Assembly: GCA_964234715.1 (NCBI GenBank)
Contig: OZ174277.1
Strand: one strand, 5' to 3'
Source: Podarcis melisellensis
Taxonomy: Eukaryota
Length of the DNA stretch: 64,000 nt
Position numbers and translations under genes: made by a program. Of this stretch, positions 21,811-36,479 are shown piece by piece (position 1 is the stretch's first letter; each line of letters starts with the position of its first letter). Under the pieces are notes generated by a model. It searched no databases. It saw only the letters and a list, made by a program, of their open reading frames with translations, and was not told the origin of the DNA.

Positions 21811-23074
21811 CATGCCAGTGGTGGAGGAGCTAGAGGCAAAAGTGGATAGAGCAATGGATGCAAATTTTACCTTTGTACAGTCGGCTAGTTTCTGCATGCA
21901 CACAGAGATATTATATCCTCCAGCTAAGCAAACAAGAAGCACTATCAGAGTTCAAGGACACATTCCAACAAAGCCAAAACACTCCAGATGGCAGGGCAGG
22001 AAAAAGATATAGCCTGAGGAGAGGAGTGGTGGAGGTCTAGGGTGAGTTCTGAAGTTGAGATAAGAGAGTTTGGGTCCCACATTCTTCCACTGGGCCTGAA
22101 GTTCCCCACACTACTTTATACAAAAGGGAAATGTCTGTCAGATCAAATATAATGTATTAATGTATGTAATAGTAATTTTAAAAGAATTACAAAAGGGAAA
22201 TGTCTAACAATTCATGTCTTAACTTATACTGCATTAGAATTACCAGAACATTAAAATAAAAAAAAATGAAATACACCTCATACTGTTTTACTGTAGAAGA
22301 TAGAACCACTGATTGGTGTTCCCCCCACTTCAAATAATGTTATGCATTTTTCTGCTACAAAGAATCCTCTTTTTGAGGGCCTCCTTCTCCATGATAATAA
22401 GCCAGGCAAGCCAGAAGTACTCTTAAACAGGGCTGAGAAAGAGAACATCATACCTGTCTAGTAAATAAGTAGCTGTGCTTAATTCATGGGACTGAATGGA
22501 TGGAGTTCCCTCTTTCAAATATGGCTGGTGCTGACCATTACAAGCTTTTTGTGCCTAGTCATATCCATTACTGGTCCTGCTCCACCTGCTCCTTGAGTCC
22601 TTAACTGTGACAATTGCCTCTTGCATGCTTGGATGGAGGATGGTGAGGTGAGTGTATGTGAAGAATTCTCCAGCCTTTGTATGGCTGGAATGTTCCCTTC
22701 TGGACCAAAGTAAGAGACAGACCCTAGTCTGCCCGCTTTTGCCCCTGGTGCTGGCCAGCTTAGCATGGGGCCCCCAGAATATTGCTCACAAAGGAATGTG
22801 GCCTGAAAAAGGTTCTCTACCCCTATTTAGAGTTGGCAGAAGTGAAATACTTCCCTATGCTTCTCTGTGACACAAACAAAAATTGCCTTTCAATTCAACC
22901 TTCACCTTTAGTCTCAGTTTGTTGCATACAATGAGTAAGAAAATCAGATCAAGCCTAGACCAGCATTCTATTCTCAGAGCAGCCAACAAGATGCCTCATG
23001 GGAAGCCAACAACTGGAGTGAATGCAGAGAAGCAGGCACTAAATGGTAATTTGCCACAGGGCCTGCAAAACAGA

Positions 23075-23306
23075 GCTGTTCCATCAGGCCTTTGGCCAGG
23101 GCACAGCCTGACTCCCTCCCTCGGCAATCTTCGCGGAGCTCTGGCCTAATGGTGGCCAGTGGCTTGAATTTAATTAATTTTATAATGAATGATTTTAGAG
23201 TGTTGTTTGTGCTGTACTTTTGTACTGTTTTATTGTTGTTAGCCGCCCTGAGCCCGGCTTCGGCTGGGGAGGGTGGGATATAAATAAAATTTATTATTTA
23301 TTATTA
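23075..23306 (+). mobile_element. L2-clade LINE 3' end
   Basis: caggcctttgg..., gttagccgccctgagcc, then gggatataaataaa and a (TTA)n-like tail. Confidence 0.65.
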
Positions 23307-23353
23307 GTGTGAGACTTCACATCCAGTTGACTGTATTCATCCACTGCCTAAAG

Positions 23354-23480
23354 CAGGGATGGGGAACCCGTGTCTCTCCAGACTACATCTCCCATCATCC
23401 CTGTCCATTGGCCATGCTGGCTGGGGCTGATGGGAGCTGAAGTCCCACAACATCTGGAGGACCACAGGTCGCCTGGCCTA
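23354..23480. mobile_element. Short non-autonomous DNA transposon (hAT-like MITE); related copies at ~24267-24370, 26270-26385, 43509-44048 and 50070-50160
   Basis: Ends cagggatggggaacc...caacatctggaggaccacagg, with an internal palindromic ctcccatc/gatgggag pair; recurs across the window. Confidence 0.55.
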
Positions 23481-24549
23481 CAGCATTCATACCAGAGCTA
23501 AAAAGCAAGACACCATCACTGAAAGAAACAGTAACATATAAGTCTTAGAGAAACCATCAGATCAACTTTATACTTGGCACACAAACTTCTGTATGTAATT
23601 TTTCAGCAAATGCTGTTATAGCTTGATGAAGACCTCACTGCTCCACTTTCCTGAGGACCATAAGGCAAGGCCACTGGCACAGTATTTGTTTACAGAACAA
23701 ATATATACAATGACATACCATAGTTTTCGCCCCTGTATTATTGTTAAGTAGCACAAGTTTCTTCAGCAGCTTCTGTTGCTGTGATTTGGACTAATGTGCA
23801 AATAAAAGTGCATAGCTTCCTGAGGAATGCTAACAACCATCTCCATTTCCCTTTCCCAGAACTTCATTATTCGGGGGAGGATTAATGAATTTAACACATG
23901 CAACCACAAACACACTAAGCATTCACTGAAAGCTGCAGAAAGAAGAAGTTTTAAAATATCAAGATTCCTTAAGGATTTTTTTAAAAAAGGAGAAGCTGGA
24001 TGAAGAAGCGTCCATTGAACTTCAGCTGGATATATCTCTAGGGAACTGCCACCTATACACAGTCTCATCTGTTCTTCTTCTCAGCTCGAATGGATTTTTG
24101 GTTTGTGTGTGTGTGTGTGCAGGAGGCATGCAGGGAAAGAAGAGGGAGACAAATTCTCATTGTACAAGTGGACATCCTTGTGCTCTCAGGATAATTTCTT
24201 GGATACAGCCCAAGTAGATTGCCATCTAACAACCCAGAGATCATATATTTGCTTCTCTAAGTAGCCAGTGTGATGCCCTTCAGATGTTGTTCACTCAAGC
24301 TAGCATGGCGAATGAGTGGGGATGATGGGAATTGTAGTCCAACAACATCTGGAAGGCACCACATTGACTACACTGGCTCTAGGTGCGGAAGCTTCTTTGC
24401 CCACCTTCCTCCAGCACCACCTACAAAGCAAGTAGGACTTTGGCTCTGCACCAAGCAGTGGTAGGTGAAGGAGGAACAGGGTGGGAGGTGGAGTATTTCT
24501 ATCTTCCTCTCTCGTTGCTTCAGACCTTTTAACTTACCTTTTTGGCCTG

Positions 24550-24825
24550 AGGAACATAGGAATAGAAGAGGAGCCCTACTGAATCAGGCCAAAGGCTAAG
24601 CTAGTCCAACATCCTGTTCTCACTGTGGCCAACCAGGACTGAGAGCAACATTCCCCACTTGTGAACTGGCATTCGGAGGCATACTGCTTCCACCAGTGGA
24701 GTTAGAAACTAGCTATGGCGGCCTTATCCTCCCTCAACTTATCTAATCCTCTTTTAAAGCTACCTAAGTTGGCAGCCATCACCTCACCTTGTGGTGGTTA
24801 GTTCCGTGGTTTGACCATGCGCAGT
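24550..24825 (-). mobile_element. CR1 LINE 3' fragment
   Basis: aacataggaatagaagaggagccct...ctagtccaacatcctgttctcac...ctaatcctcttttaaagc; homologous to the split copy at 31240-32410. Confidence 0.7.
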
Positions 24826-27800
24826 GCAGATAAATACTGAAAGCCACTTTCAGGGTTTGGAACTGGAGGCGGGCAGTCCTTCTGCCTGTTGCTGGGGTTG
24901 CCTAAAAGGGAAGCCTTTCATAAGTGTGCGCTTCATTCCTTTGAGCTCCAAACATCTGCCTCTAGCATCTGCTTTTCATCAAAACAAAGCCAAGGTTCCC
25001 ATCAGTGGGCAATATGGAATAGATAAAAAGGAAGCCTGCAAGTGCTGTGTTGACTGCAGAGCCCTCAGCTGTCTTCCTACTTAGATCCTTTGCCAAAGAA
25101 CCCGGCTTGTCATTTCAGTTTTCCAAGAATTACCAACATTTATGCCCAGACTTTCAGTTCTTATGGGATTGGAATCCTTGCAGAAGTTTCAGCACGGAAG
25201 GAGAACTCAGAATCTTACAACGCACTCCTGTAGGTCTGTTGGTTTATGCAGTGATAGCATTCCAGCAATGATTCCCCGTTTCTCCACAATCTTTCTGACT
25301 TTCTCTTTCCTGCATGGACTACCTGTTTTACAGACTTCCTATTCCCCCAACTTGCAAAATATTAGTTTAATTTTTGCTAAATTTAATAAAGTATAATTCA
25401 TCCCCCACCCATCAAATGTCACAACCTCCTTTTCTAGCCACACTGAGCTTCACTTCTCCCTTTTATTTCCTTCCTAAACTGGTGATGTGCACATTTGTTT
25501 ATTTGAAATGTGACATTGCTTAAAGTGTTTAATCCAAGCTCGGACCACAATTGGTGTGTAAAAAAACTGATTACATCTGAGTGAAGTAACCTATATGCAT
25601 GCTGGGTAGCATTCATTTGACCCATTCTAGCAAGGAGCTGTGTACCTTTCTACATTCATAGCTAGACACTACATTGCATGTATAAAATGGGTGCTGTCCG
25701 CACAGAATTTCTTCTCAAGAGCTGCAAACAGGATTTCAGCTTTGTTTAAAGGGATATCAGTCAGCCCTCCGGGAGTGGTAGAATGACTTGAATTAGTTCA
25801 CCACCCTTTCCCACACCATAAAGAGCTAATTTGTGAGGTTTTGGCTTTTCTTAAAGGAAGATCTGCATGCAGTCCTGGCTGCAGTATGTGTGTTCTCTTT
25901 GATTGGATCCTTTCAGATTTGTTTTTTTAAATCACGGAACTGCTATCAATTTTTACAAAATTACAAGAACCAATAATAAACCATATACAAAGTACCAATA
26001 TGGGTATATTAAGAGGGAAGTGTAGTTAAGACTACTGATGCATGGCTGCAGCAACAGAGGACGGGCAAATCTACATATAAATCAGACCTGCACATTTTAT
26101 GCAAATCAATGTCTTCTCCTCACTTTTTTGTGATGCATTTTCGCTTTTAGCCAGAAGCAATCTATTTCTCTTTAACAGTAGGGCTGGACACAGAAGCTCA
26201 GGCCCCATTAGAGCTGGTCTCCTTTGAGAAGCAGCAGACGTCTAGCAAACAACTAATGCAGGAGTAGCCACAGTGATGCCCTCTAGATATGCTGGATTAC
26301 AGCTCCCATCATCCTTGGCTATTACCTATGCTGGCTGGGAATTGTAGTCCATCAACATCTGGAGGTCACCCCATTGGTTATCCCTGACCCACAGGGGAGA
26401 GAAAGAGACTAGGATTAAGCAAATACCAGGGTTGTGCTTTGGGGCTTAATTAGCTTGACAATGCAAATGAAAACATCATTCAATGAGGGGAAAAAACATC
26501 CTTCCATTGAGAATATGTTGACATTTGCCAGCCAGCTGGGTCTCAGTGTAGGAATTCTTCCCTACAAGTGTGAACCGAAGCCTGTTTTATTTTCTGCCCC
26601 AGCATGGTCAAGAAGAGGCCAGATGGGTTCAGAAGTTAATTGGAGATCACGTAGCATAGCTCAAACGGAGGTGTCTGAACCCTGCAGCATATGGATTTGG
26701 TGAAACACTCTTAGATCAACAATGGTTGTCACCTTTATAGACATCTGTTTCTCTCAAGCCTTTAAAGAGCAATAAAAAGAAGAGGAAAGAGAGAGAGAAA
26801 GAAAGAATGCACATTTGGGATCCTGTGTGGTTTTAAAAGCACATGGCAATTGCATGCCTGGATAGACTCCCTGCAGCACATGTTCCATGTTTATTGTGAT
26901 AAACATCAACATTTGAAATGCTCCTAAGCAAACTTGTCTGGCAGCGCAGCCTTCAGAGCCCTGCATGTTTTCCATTCGAAAAGCAAATCGAGGAGAGCTT
27001 CCTTTGGGGTTAGAAAGGATTTGGGAGATCAAAAAACTTCTGTTCTTAACAAAACCCAGCCTCCTTTTTTTAGGACCAAATGCTGCACACTGTTTGTGCA
27101 TTTTGTTGTTTCTATAAATATAATTACACCGTCTGTTATAAACCCTTTATCATTTTCAGGAACAGTTTAATCTCTTGCACGTTTTATCAAAACCATCTGA
27201 TGTACCCTGATGCGGGTGAGCAGGAATCAAAAGCATTTCTCATATAAGGGATCCGGTGCTTATGAAAAGCCATGCCCTTCAGTTTTCCTCCAGTTCCAGA
27301 AGTGGAGACTGAGGATGTCCCTCAAGAAGGCAGGCTCTTCCTTCCAATGGGATGTAAAAGGTTAGCGGCTGCTTAACCCCGTGATCCCAGCAAGCAAGTT
27401 TATACCCTGAGTATAGTGATACCTTACTTTGTGTAAGGTATCACATGTTTCAGACACAGAAAAGGCACTGAGAGATGAGGAAGACATGTAAAGAGTGTCG
27501 TGTGTGATAGTCACACATAGCAATTCTGTTGCAGGTACATGAAATACCAATGTGTTGGAAACAGCTTTGTAGCTGATAATGCACACAAAGGGGTGGACAC
27601 TGTTTGTTGTTGTTGTTGCCACAAACCAGTGGTGGGTGGAGCCAGAGCTGATGCTAAAACTCCTTGAGTGTTTGGGAGGTGACATATACATGTAGTAAAT
27701 AACGAATGCTATAGGTGGCAATCTTGCCCCCTTACTCATTGAATGAGTAATGGGGCTTGCTTCTGAGTAGGCATATATTGGATTACTGTGCTAAACACCC

Positions 27801-28215
27801 AGTTTGGCTACTTTCCTTTGACTCACATCGCCTCCAGATAACCTGAACGTTCAGCAATCATCCTGAATTGTTTGCACAAAGTTTGTGGGGAGGGTAGATG
27901 ATGTTGGTTATTCATTGAACATTCTGATTGCTTGCAAGGTGGTTGGATGATATGGCATCAAGTAATGTTATCGTAAACTTTCCAGTGAATTCTCCTTATC
28001 ACACAAAGTCCATTTTTTTGTGGGGAGCGCGGGACAGATTTGTAGCGCAAGAACGCTAAAGGAATTTGAATGGTGCAACCTGAATTTGCCCATATGTGGT
28101 TGAATCAATTGTGAGAGTCTGGAAGCTTCTTCAGTTCCAAAACAATATATTCTGAATGGCCTGGAACAAAAGAAAGCAAATCTAGCACTGAGTGATTGTT
28201 TCCTTCACAACATCC

Positions 28216-28241
28216 TTCTCTCTCTCTCTCTCTCTCCCTCC

Positions 28242-28280
<39 letters not shown>

Positions 28281-28284
28281 TGTG
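28216..28284. repeat. (CT)n(GT)n compound microsatellite
   Basis: Seen directly in the sequence. Confidence 0.95.
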
Positions 28285-29359
28285 TATTTCACTGTCATTC
28301 TTATGCACACCCCTGCAAATTTTGGTGCTTTCAGATTGGCAGCCCTATCGAATATTGCCACAGCTTTGTACACTGGAAAACCCATTCAGCTCCCTCCCCG
28401 TCATACTAAGGCCAGGATTGCAGTGCAATTTGTTCTCAAGAAGTGGTTGTTTAAAAAAGCAACCCTAGATCAGCATAAACATGTGTTCAAGGTAGTAATA
28501 ATAGCAACTTCCCAAGTGGAAACAGATGAATAAACATCTTAAGATAATTTTGGATTTTATTATTCACATACACACACACAAATACTTATTCAGTAGCTTT
28601 ATTGAAAAGGGAAGAGGTGCTTTAAAGAAGAAGGTAGACTAGTGTCTAAGAGCCCATGCATCAAGTACTGTATGTTTAGTCAGTCCAGGACCGGCAGTGA
28701 TGTGGTTTCCTACTGGGTTTCTAATGAACTGTGCAAGTGCTTAAACGCGTAATCAGATTATGTGCCTAGAAAGTCACATGGGCTTTATCAGATCTTGTTG
28801 AGTCTCATGTGCTTTTGTGCTAATTCATTTCACAAAAGTTTAACTCCAGGAAATATTTAGACAACCTACATCTCCATATCTCACCATAATGGACAATACC
28901 GTGCTATAGCGTGGGACCTTCCTGTGGTACGCTTTCATTCATTCATTCATTCATTCAGATTTTGATCCCAACATATCCCAAGGGGTGGGTTACAAAGAAA
29001 TGCTCTTTCCAAAACAGTCTGCATCGCAACATTTATAGGTGGGTCAAAGGCTTCAAGAACACAGCAGATTAAACAAGCTAGGCACTTAAATGTGCAACTA
29101 AACAGACTCAAACTTCTAAGCTGAAACACTCTCCACTCCACTCCCCATCTCTGTGCCTCACCCGAGCCAGGAACATACCACCCAGCCCAGGAACCAAAAC
29201 AACCTTTGCACATATTTCACCCTCTTGTCTCAAGATCAACAAAGCTCAGCTCACCAACTGGAACAGAAATTGGAACAACTTTTCTAGGTGAGAGAGCACA
29301 CAACCATTTTAGGGACACAGAAATGTCTTCATTCTATGCCCCCCCGCCCCCCCATGTTA

Positions 29360-29790
29360 TTCCACTCATGAAACCACCGAGGAGAATCACCATCTGGAGA
29401 TTGGGGCTGAAGTGTTTCCACTATGTGGACAACACACAGCTTTACCTCTTGTTTGTATGTGCTTATTCTAGGAAGGCCATGGAATTCTTGAACTGATGTC
29501 TGGGGGTGGTTTTGATGTGAATGAGGGTGAACGAGTTGAAACATTATCTAGACAAACATGGAGGTGCTGTGTGTGGAGAAAGTGTCTGGCCCAGATGGAG
29601 ATTTGCAACAAGTCCTAGAAAGAGTTGCACTCCCTGTGAAAAACAAAGTATGGAGATTGGGGTTCTATTGGACTCAGAACTGTTGGAGGAAACCACTGGT
29701 GGCAGTGACTAGGAGGGACCTATAACATCTTAGATTGGTATGCCAATTGTGACCCTGTTTGGAGAAGATTAAAGTGACCAGTATGGTCCT
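29360..29790 (+). pseudogene. Old L2-clade RT relic
   Basis: RLGLKCFHYVDNTQLYL resembles the L2 YADDTQLY motif; heavily decayed. Confidence 0.55.
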
Positions 29791-31239
29791 GTGAACCCTC
29801 CGTGTGCCATGCCCACCTAGTGGCACCAGTGGTGAGGGCTGGGCTGGCACAGCGGGCTTTGTTCAACCTCCATGCCCTACCCCCCGGTGCTGCCCGGCAT
29901 GTGCGCCCCAGGCACCGGCAAAGAACAAACGTGATTCTCTGCATACTTTTCTTTCTCTCACATCATCTCTGTGTAAGTGTTCTTGGCCAGCCTTTAACAA
30001 AAGACAAAAGTAGAGGATTCCAGCAAGTGAACTGCATTGCAAAATATTCCCTTTTTCAACTGTTAGTTTGCTTGAAATCTTCCCCAAAGATAGTAACAGA
30101 ATTGCAAAGGGGCCATAAAATGGATGGTAGCGATCCAAGGAGTAAGTAAAGAAGGCTGAACAAACTATTGGAAGTGTAATCAATAAAGCATTCTGCACGC
30201 TGTCACATTTTATGGCCTGGCTTTTTAGTTGTGGCAGTAAAATGTACACAATGGACTGAATGTTTATTGCAGACCTTAATAACGTTCCTGGCAAAAAGAA
30301 TTGTTTGAAAATGCTTGCTTGATTTTTGTGTGTATGTACCTGTAGCAGGTGAAAAACAGGATACAATTGAGTGTGGCAGAAGTGGGGGAGTCTTTTGTTA
30401 CTTGACTAAGATTCAGATGATGTCAGTATATGTAACCAGAGTTCTCACAGAAGAGGACTGCCATAGTCATGTTGATTTGAATTCCGGAGCCATATAATTT
30501 TAATGACGGCTTTGGAAACATCAGATCATGAGCCCTTGATTCCTGACTTCATTTCAGAGTTTCCTGGAGAAGTATGGTTTTATGAAAATTAAGCAGAGCT
30601 GGAGGATTTTGTAGTCTTAGCACTGATTCACATTTGTCGAATCATTTGGCTGGCATGCTCTTATGTTAAGCACAGAGACAAATCTTCCCTATTGGTATTG
30701 TTTATTCTCTGGCTTGCGATTAAAGAAGTTCTCGGGAAAGTGATTTTGAAATGTAGTCCTGGTGACTTAGTAAGCAAATTTGTATTTCAGAATAAAGGCC
30801 AGTTTGTCTTTGTCCACGTCTGAATTTACAGTAATTATGGTGGCCTAACATTGACATCTGAAAAGATGCTTAGATCAGCAGGTAAGGCTGCGGGAGGAGA
30901 GAGATCAAAATAAAAACAAACAAGACTGCAGACATCTCTCTAATGCAAGAGTCTGACAAACAATGCTTTCATTTTGGTGGGCAATCAAAACAACAGCAAG
31001 AAAAATATCTTTCTTTTTCTGATGATGAAGCTGAAGTTTTTTGTTTTTAAAAAGAGCATTCTACAAACTCTGACACTATTAGAATTTAGGCTGCACAGAT
31101 GCTTTAAACCTGCTGAATACTGATCTGGAATGGCGTGGCATGGTTGGTTTGTGTGCTACGTTGCAATCAACCATCTTCACCAGATGCGCTTCTGCAACAT
31201 TGCTCAACATAATGCAAAGAGTGTCAGAAGAGCCTTTAA

Positions 31240-32410
31240 GAGTGTCAGAAGAGCCTTGTTGACTCAGACCAAAGGCCCATCTAGCCCAGCATCCTGTTTT
31301 CAGAGTGAACAACCAAATGCCTGTGGCAATCCTGCAAGCGAGACCTGAGTACAACAATGCTCTCTCTTCCTGTGACTTCCAGCATCTGGTATTCAGAAGC
31401 ATACTGGCTTTGACAATGGAAGTAGAGCGTAACCAACATGGCTAGTAGACACTGATTGCCTTACTTTCCATGAATTTGTATCATCATCATCATCATCATC
31501 ATATTTTATTTTTTAATATAAATATAATTTTAATTAAATTTTCTGTTTTACCATTTAAAATACTCATTTAAATATCCTTAAAATATCATCGACTTCCCTT
31601 CTCTTTCCATGGTTCATTTTGCATATCATAAATCCCTGCATATTTTACAAAAACTAAACCATTCAATCTAATAATAATAATATAATTTATTATTTGTACC
31701 CCACCCATCTGGCTGAGTTTCCTCAGCACTTTGGGTATCTCCCAGTCGAATATTAAAAACAATATAACATTAAATATTAAAAACTTCCCTAAGCAGGGTG
31801 GCCTTCAGATGTCTTTTAAAAGTAGGATAGTTACTTATTTCTTTGACATCTGATGGGAGGGCATTCCACAGGGCAGGTGCCACTACCGAGAAGGCCCTCT
31901 GCCTGGTTCCCTATAACTTCGCTTCTCACAGTGAGGCAACCGCCAGAAGGCCCTCAGCACTGGATTTCAGTGTCTGGGCTGAACGATGGGGGTGGAGACT
32001 CTCCTTTAGATATACAGGCCCGATAATGGAACAGAATTCCATTATTACATCCATCAAAACTTCTTTACACTGTTGAATTTATCTTAATGCTGCCAACGTT
32101 TCATCATCATCTTCTTTTAAACCCATCCAGGTTGATGGGCATCGCAGCCTCCTGTGGGAGTGAGTTGCATAGTTTAACTATCTGCTGTGTGAAGAAGTGC
32201 CTTCTTTTATCTGTCCTGAATCTTCCAACATTCAGCTTCATGCGGTGTCCATAAGTTCCAGGGTTAGAAGAGAGGGAGATAATCCTTTCTCCACCCACTT
32301 TCTCCATGCCATGTATACACTTCTATCATATCACCTTTTGCTTGCCCTTTCTGTAGCCTTAAAAAACCCAAACGCTGCAACCTTCATTCATAGGATGTTT
32401 GCTCCACCCC
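31240..32410 (-). mobile_element. CR1 3' fragment interrupted by an L1-type 3' UTR (~31500-32100), itself interrupted by an L2 (~31666-32022)
   Basis: CR1 ORF2 end RFRTDKRRHFFTQQIVKLCNSLPQE at 32107-32307. The CR1 UTR resumes across a tcatcatcatc duplication. The inner L2 matches 62662-63110. Confidence 0.72.
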
Positions 32411-35400
32411 CTTGAAGGGGGCCAAAGGTATGGCCCCTCCCAGAAGGAGACAGTGGGCACAGTACAACCAGGGACCTGCAGAGCACCAACAAGGAGCCAG
32501 TGCAAGTACGTAGAAGAAAGGCGTGTTTAACTTTTCAGTTCGCAGAAAGTGTGCATAGATGTAGGCCTTGAAGTATACATTTCCAAAGCTAAGATTTTAC
32601 AGGGCAGCCTTATCCATGCTTACCTTTAAATAAGTCCCATGAATGTCAAAGCAGCTTCCTTGCAATTATGGTTAGTACTGCACATTACAGTAAGCAACCC
32701 ACTGCCAGCGAATGAAACCTCGGTCCCATTTTCTTCAATGGTTCCAGCTTCTCAATCAGCATTTCTTTTTCCATTTGTTAATCAAAAACAACACAAGCAA
32801 GAAAAGAAAAAGAAAAGGGAAGCTGTGCAGACTGGAAGCTGATGAAACTATAAGCTATCGCCCGCCAATAAAACATGCTATATACAGCTGAATGTTTAAA
32901 TACATCCTTAATCTGTAACTAAATATCTAGGCTGGTTTTAACAGGCACCCATTGTCACTTAGAAGCAAGCCCCTAAAATTTTTAAACAAACCACTTCTCA
33001 GAAACTTGAGTGCAAAGAAAAGCATTTGGGGGCGGCTAAAACTTAACACCATCTGTTCATACTCCAGTGATGAAAAACAGTCCAGCAGAATTAAACATTT
33101 TTTTCTACATATAAAGATGTACTGGTTTTTTCCTGTTGCCAGAAAGAATGAGTGAAAAATCATTTTGAGGGCAGAATTCTATCAAAGATGAGACCAAACT
33201 GAACCTTGGTTTCCCAGACCTGGGAACCATCTACTGATGGTGCCTCTGTATTAATCTTCATTTTATTGGTGCTCATCCACTGAAACTAGACAGCTATTCA
33301 TCTTTTCTACCACCTCACCTGATGTCGCTATGAAGACACAAAGCTGAGTATTTGAAACTACATAATGTCTCAGATCTAGTACAGAGGCCACATCCCACAC
33401 ATGGAATAATTCCTTGACCCATCATCCCTGGTTTCACATGTGATAGAGGTCCTTATTTAGAGATCCACAAACTCGCTTGCAGGCCAAGCACTTCTGAACT
33501 TCCTATCCCTCCTTTCCTACTCATCTTATGTTTGGGGCTGCTTTGCAAGGACTTCTGTATAGATGCCAATGTGATCTATGCAAAACTTTGGCTTATTGAA
33601 AAGTATACCTGACTCCTTCCCTGTATGGCCAAAATCCTGAAGTCTAAAGCCAATGGTGTAATATATACAGGAGATGGTGTGATAAGAATGATCAATGGAA
33701 AATAAAGAAAACCAAGGGATTTAATTTTCCTTCAAAATATGATAGCATATTAACACTCACTTGTTCACCTAACAGAGGGTTCATGGAGTACCCATTGCAT
33801 AAAACAGGTAGCAGAACACTATGTCTTTGTTCCAACAACCAATATTTTGCCATCTTAAATGTGAGACAAATATCAGGGAGTTGGATGAATGAAGAAGAAG
33901 GAGGAGCGTGTAATATTCAAAATCTTAAAAGCAGTGAAAGGGAAGAATGAGGTCTAGTTTAATATGCACAAATGGGGGGAATATATTTATTCCCACGCTT
34001 GATGTTTGGAGTTTTATGGATAAAGGAATCCTTCAGATTAAAAGAAAATAAATGTAGCAGGGAATGACTACAATATAGTGCACTTTAAGGAGATGCTTAA
34101 GGACAGCAAATCTGCAATGGTAGCAACTGTAAACACATCCCATGTGTTTTCCTTCGAAGACATAGTCCATTCTTGAATGAAAGACCAAGAATATCTGATC
34201 CATTTATTCAACATCGTAACACTGGTGGAAGGAAATCCTAAGGCCATGATGTGTCAGGGTCGAGAATGGAAAGAATGTCAAGCGCAGTAGAAACTGCTAT
34301 GGAAAGAATGTTTAAAACCATCAAAGAGATTTTTGATTCTAAAAATATGCAATTGCAATAGACTAAGTCAGGGCTGCTTTCACAATCACCACCTAAAAGT
34401 CACTAATATCAGAACTGCTGCCTTTTGCCGACTGTCTTGGGCCAGCTTCAGATTAGGTATATCACTGTGGAACTGTGAACTCTCCACCCATTAGTGAGAT
34501 AGCATTCTTTATATGGCCCCTTCTTGGCTTTTGCCAGAGGTCCTAGACAACAGCCTGTGTTTCATCTGCATATTAAGTAATGTTCATCTCAGTTTTCTGG
34601 TCTTTCTCTCAGAGAGAACATTATGCTCGTTAACATCACAATCCTATAACTATCTCCCCAGAAGCAAACACAATTGAGCTCAATGGGACTCTCTTCTAGG
34701 TGAGGGATATAGAGTAGCAGTCTAATGTTTACTTAGGGAAGACTATGCTCTTTTCCTATCATAGTTTAGTTTTAGGCCCCACTTGCTACAACAATTAACT
34801 CCCAAGCTTGAGGAGTGCACTAGTTAGAAAACTACTATTGGATTATTTTATTCTTTACATGCATTCTTTTATTTCTTAAGCATATCTCACTTTTTGTTTC
34901 ACAGTTTCATTGCTTTGCCCTGAGTTATTCAGAAATACTTGCAGCACCACTGACAAAAAGCCTCAAGCTACTTGAAAACATTTCACTGCTGATTTAATTT
35001 ACGTGACATGGTTGGAAAGCCACCTGAGTTCATTAAGAGAGGTATGCATATATCTACATCAGTTTTATTGCAGATTGTGTTTCACTAGGAACTCTTGCTG
35101 CCAGGATTTCAAGAAAGGTGTCAGCTGGTAGCAGCTTTCCTGAGTTTGAGGCTGGCTATGATTCATGGCTACTTGGTTGTGAAAAAATATCATTTCAGAG
35201 TAATATATATATATATGAATTGTCCAGGCTCCTAACTGGTCACACTGTGTCCAAAATCACTAGATACCTAAATTCAACTTGTGGCACTATGTTTTTCTTT
35301 CTAGTAAACATTTCTCCAGTACTCTGTAGCTTCCCTGACTGCCTGCACTTCCTTAACTGAAAAAAGCTTCATGGGGTGAGTTCCGTCATGGACTTTCTTT

Positions 35401-35809
35401 GGGCACCTGGAAAGGCTACAGAGTGCAGTTCACTGATGAGATGATTCACAGAAAGAAAGAAAGAAAGAAAGAAAGAAAGGGCACTCACAAACACCCCTGA
35501 CTGCTTTGGAAATACTCCTTAGTACTTCAGATGACGGATTATGCATACTATCAACTTGTGAACATGAGCCACAGCAATAACTCCTCAGCAGGGGCGTCAC
35601 TGCCATGCACCAAAAGGGTGAGGTGATGGCAAGGTCATGCTTGCATGGGTGCAGTTGGCTGTAAGGGCTGGGTGAAAGCAACCAAAAGCATTCTATGCAG
35701 ACATGACCATGTGGTCAAGATTGCTGCTGCTGTTATTGTTGTTGTTGTTGTTGTTTGTGTTACTTCTGTGGGTTCATAGCTTATCATTAAGTCAACCCAA
35801 ACTGCAATA

Positions 35810-36057
35810 CAGTCATACTTGGTTTTTGAACAGCTTAGTTCTCAAACGTTTTGGCTCCCGAACGCTGCAAACTCAGAAGTGAGTGTTCCGGTTTGTGAAC
35901 TATTTTTGGATGTCAAACATCCGATGGGGCTTCCACGACTTCCAATTGGCTGCAGGAGCTTCCTGCAGCCAATCAAAGCCACGCTTTGGTTACCGAACGT
36001 TTGGGAAGTTGAACAGACCTCCGGAACAGATTCTGTTCAACTTCCGAGGTACGACTG
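35810..36057. mobile_element. Tigger/pogo-like MITE (related subfamily)
   Basis: TA-cagtcatact...aggtacgactg-TA termini; shares gacctccggaac with the other copies. Confidence 0.8.
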
Positions 36058-36479
36058 TAATGTGTATTCACTGAAGTGTTGTTTGCTTTCTTTTTAATCT
36101 TCATCATTTACACAGTTGTTAACCTAGATAACCCTTGGCTGACATTTATTCCAAAAAATGGCCCCCAGTGATGCTTCAAGTTCTTGGGAGTTCACTAAGC
36201 TATTCCTTGAAAGAAGCATTTGCAATTGTCAAAATATTATCTAAAAAGCCAACCCTAAGATCTTCGAGATTCCTATCCTTCTCTCACAACTTGTCAAAGT
36301 AAACATGACTCATTCCATCTCTGCTGTTCCCAGTAGGAATGTAGAAATGCTGCCTTAATGTATCAGCGAATAAACCTTAAATCAGCATTCAAATTGATTG
36401 CAGATAAGAACAGGTTGTGTAATCCAGGGGAGAAAGAACTTCTGGGATAACTGTAGTCCTTTAAATAGAAATTTATCAT

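Noticed and set aside
30791-30881. Plus-strand segment bounded by AG and GTAAGG
   Set aside because: Stop codons in all three frames and no other support.
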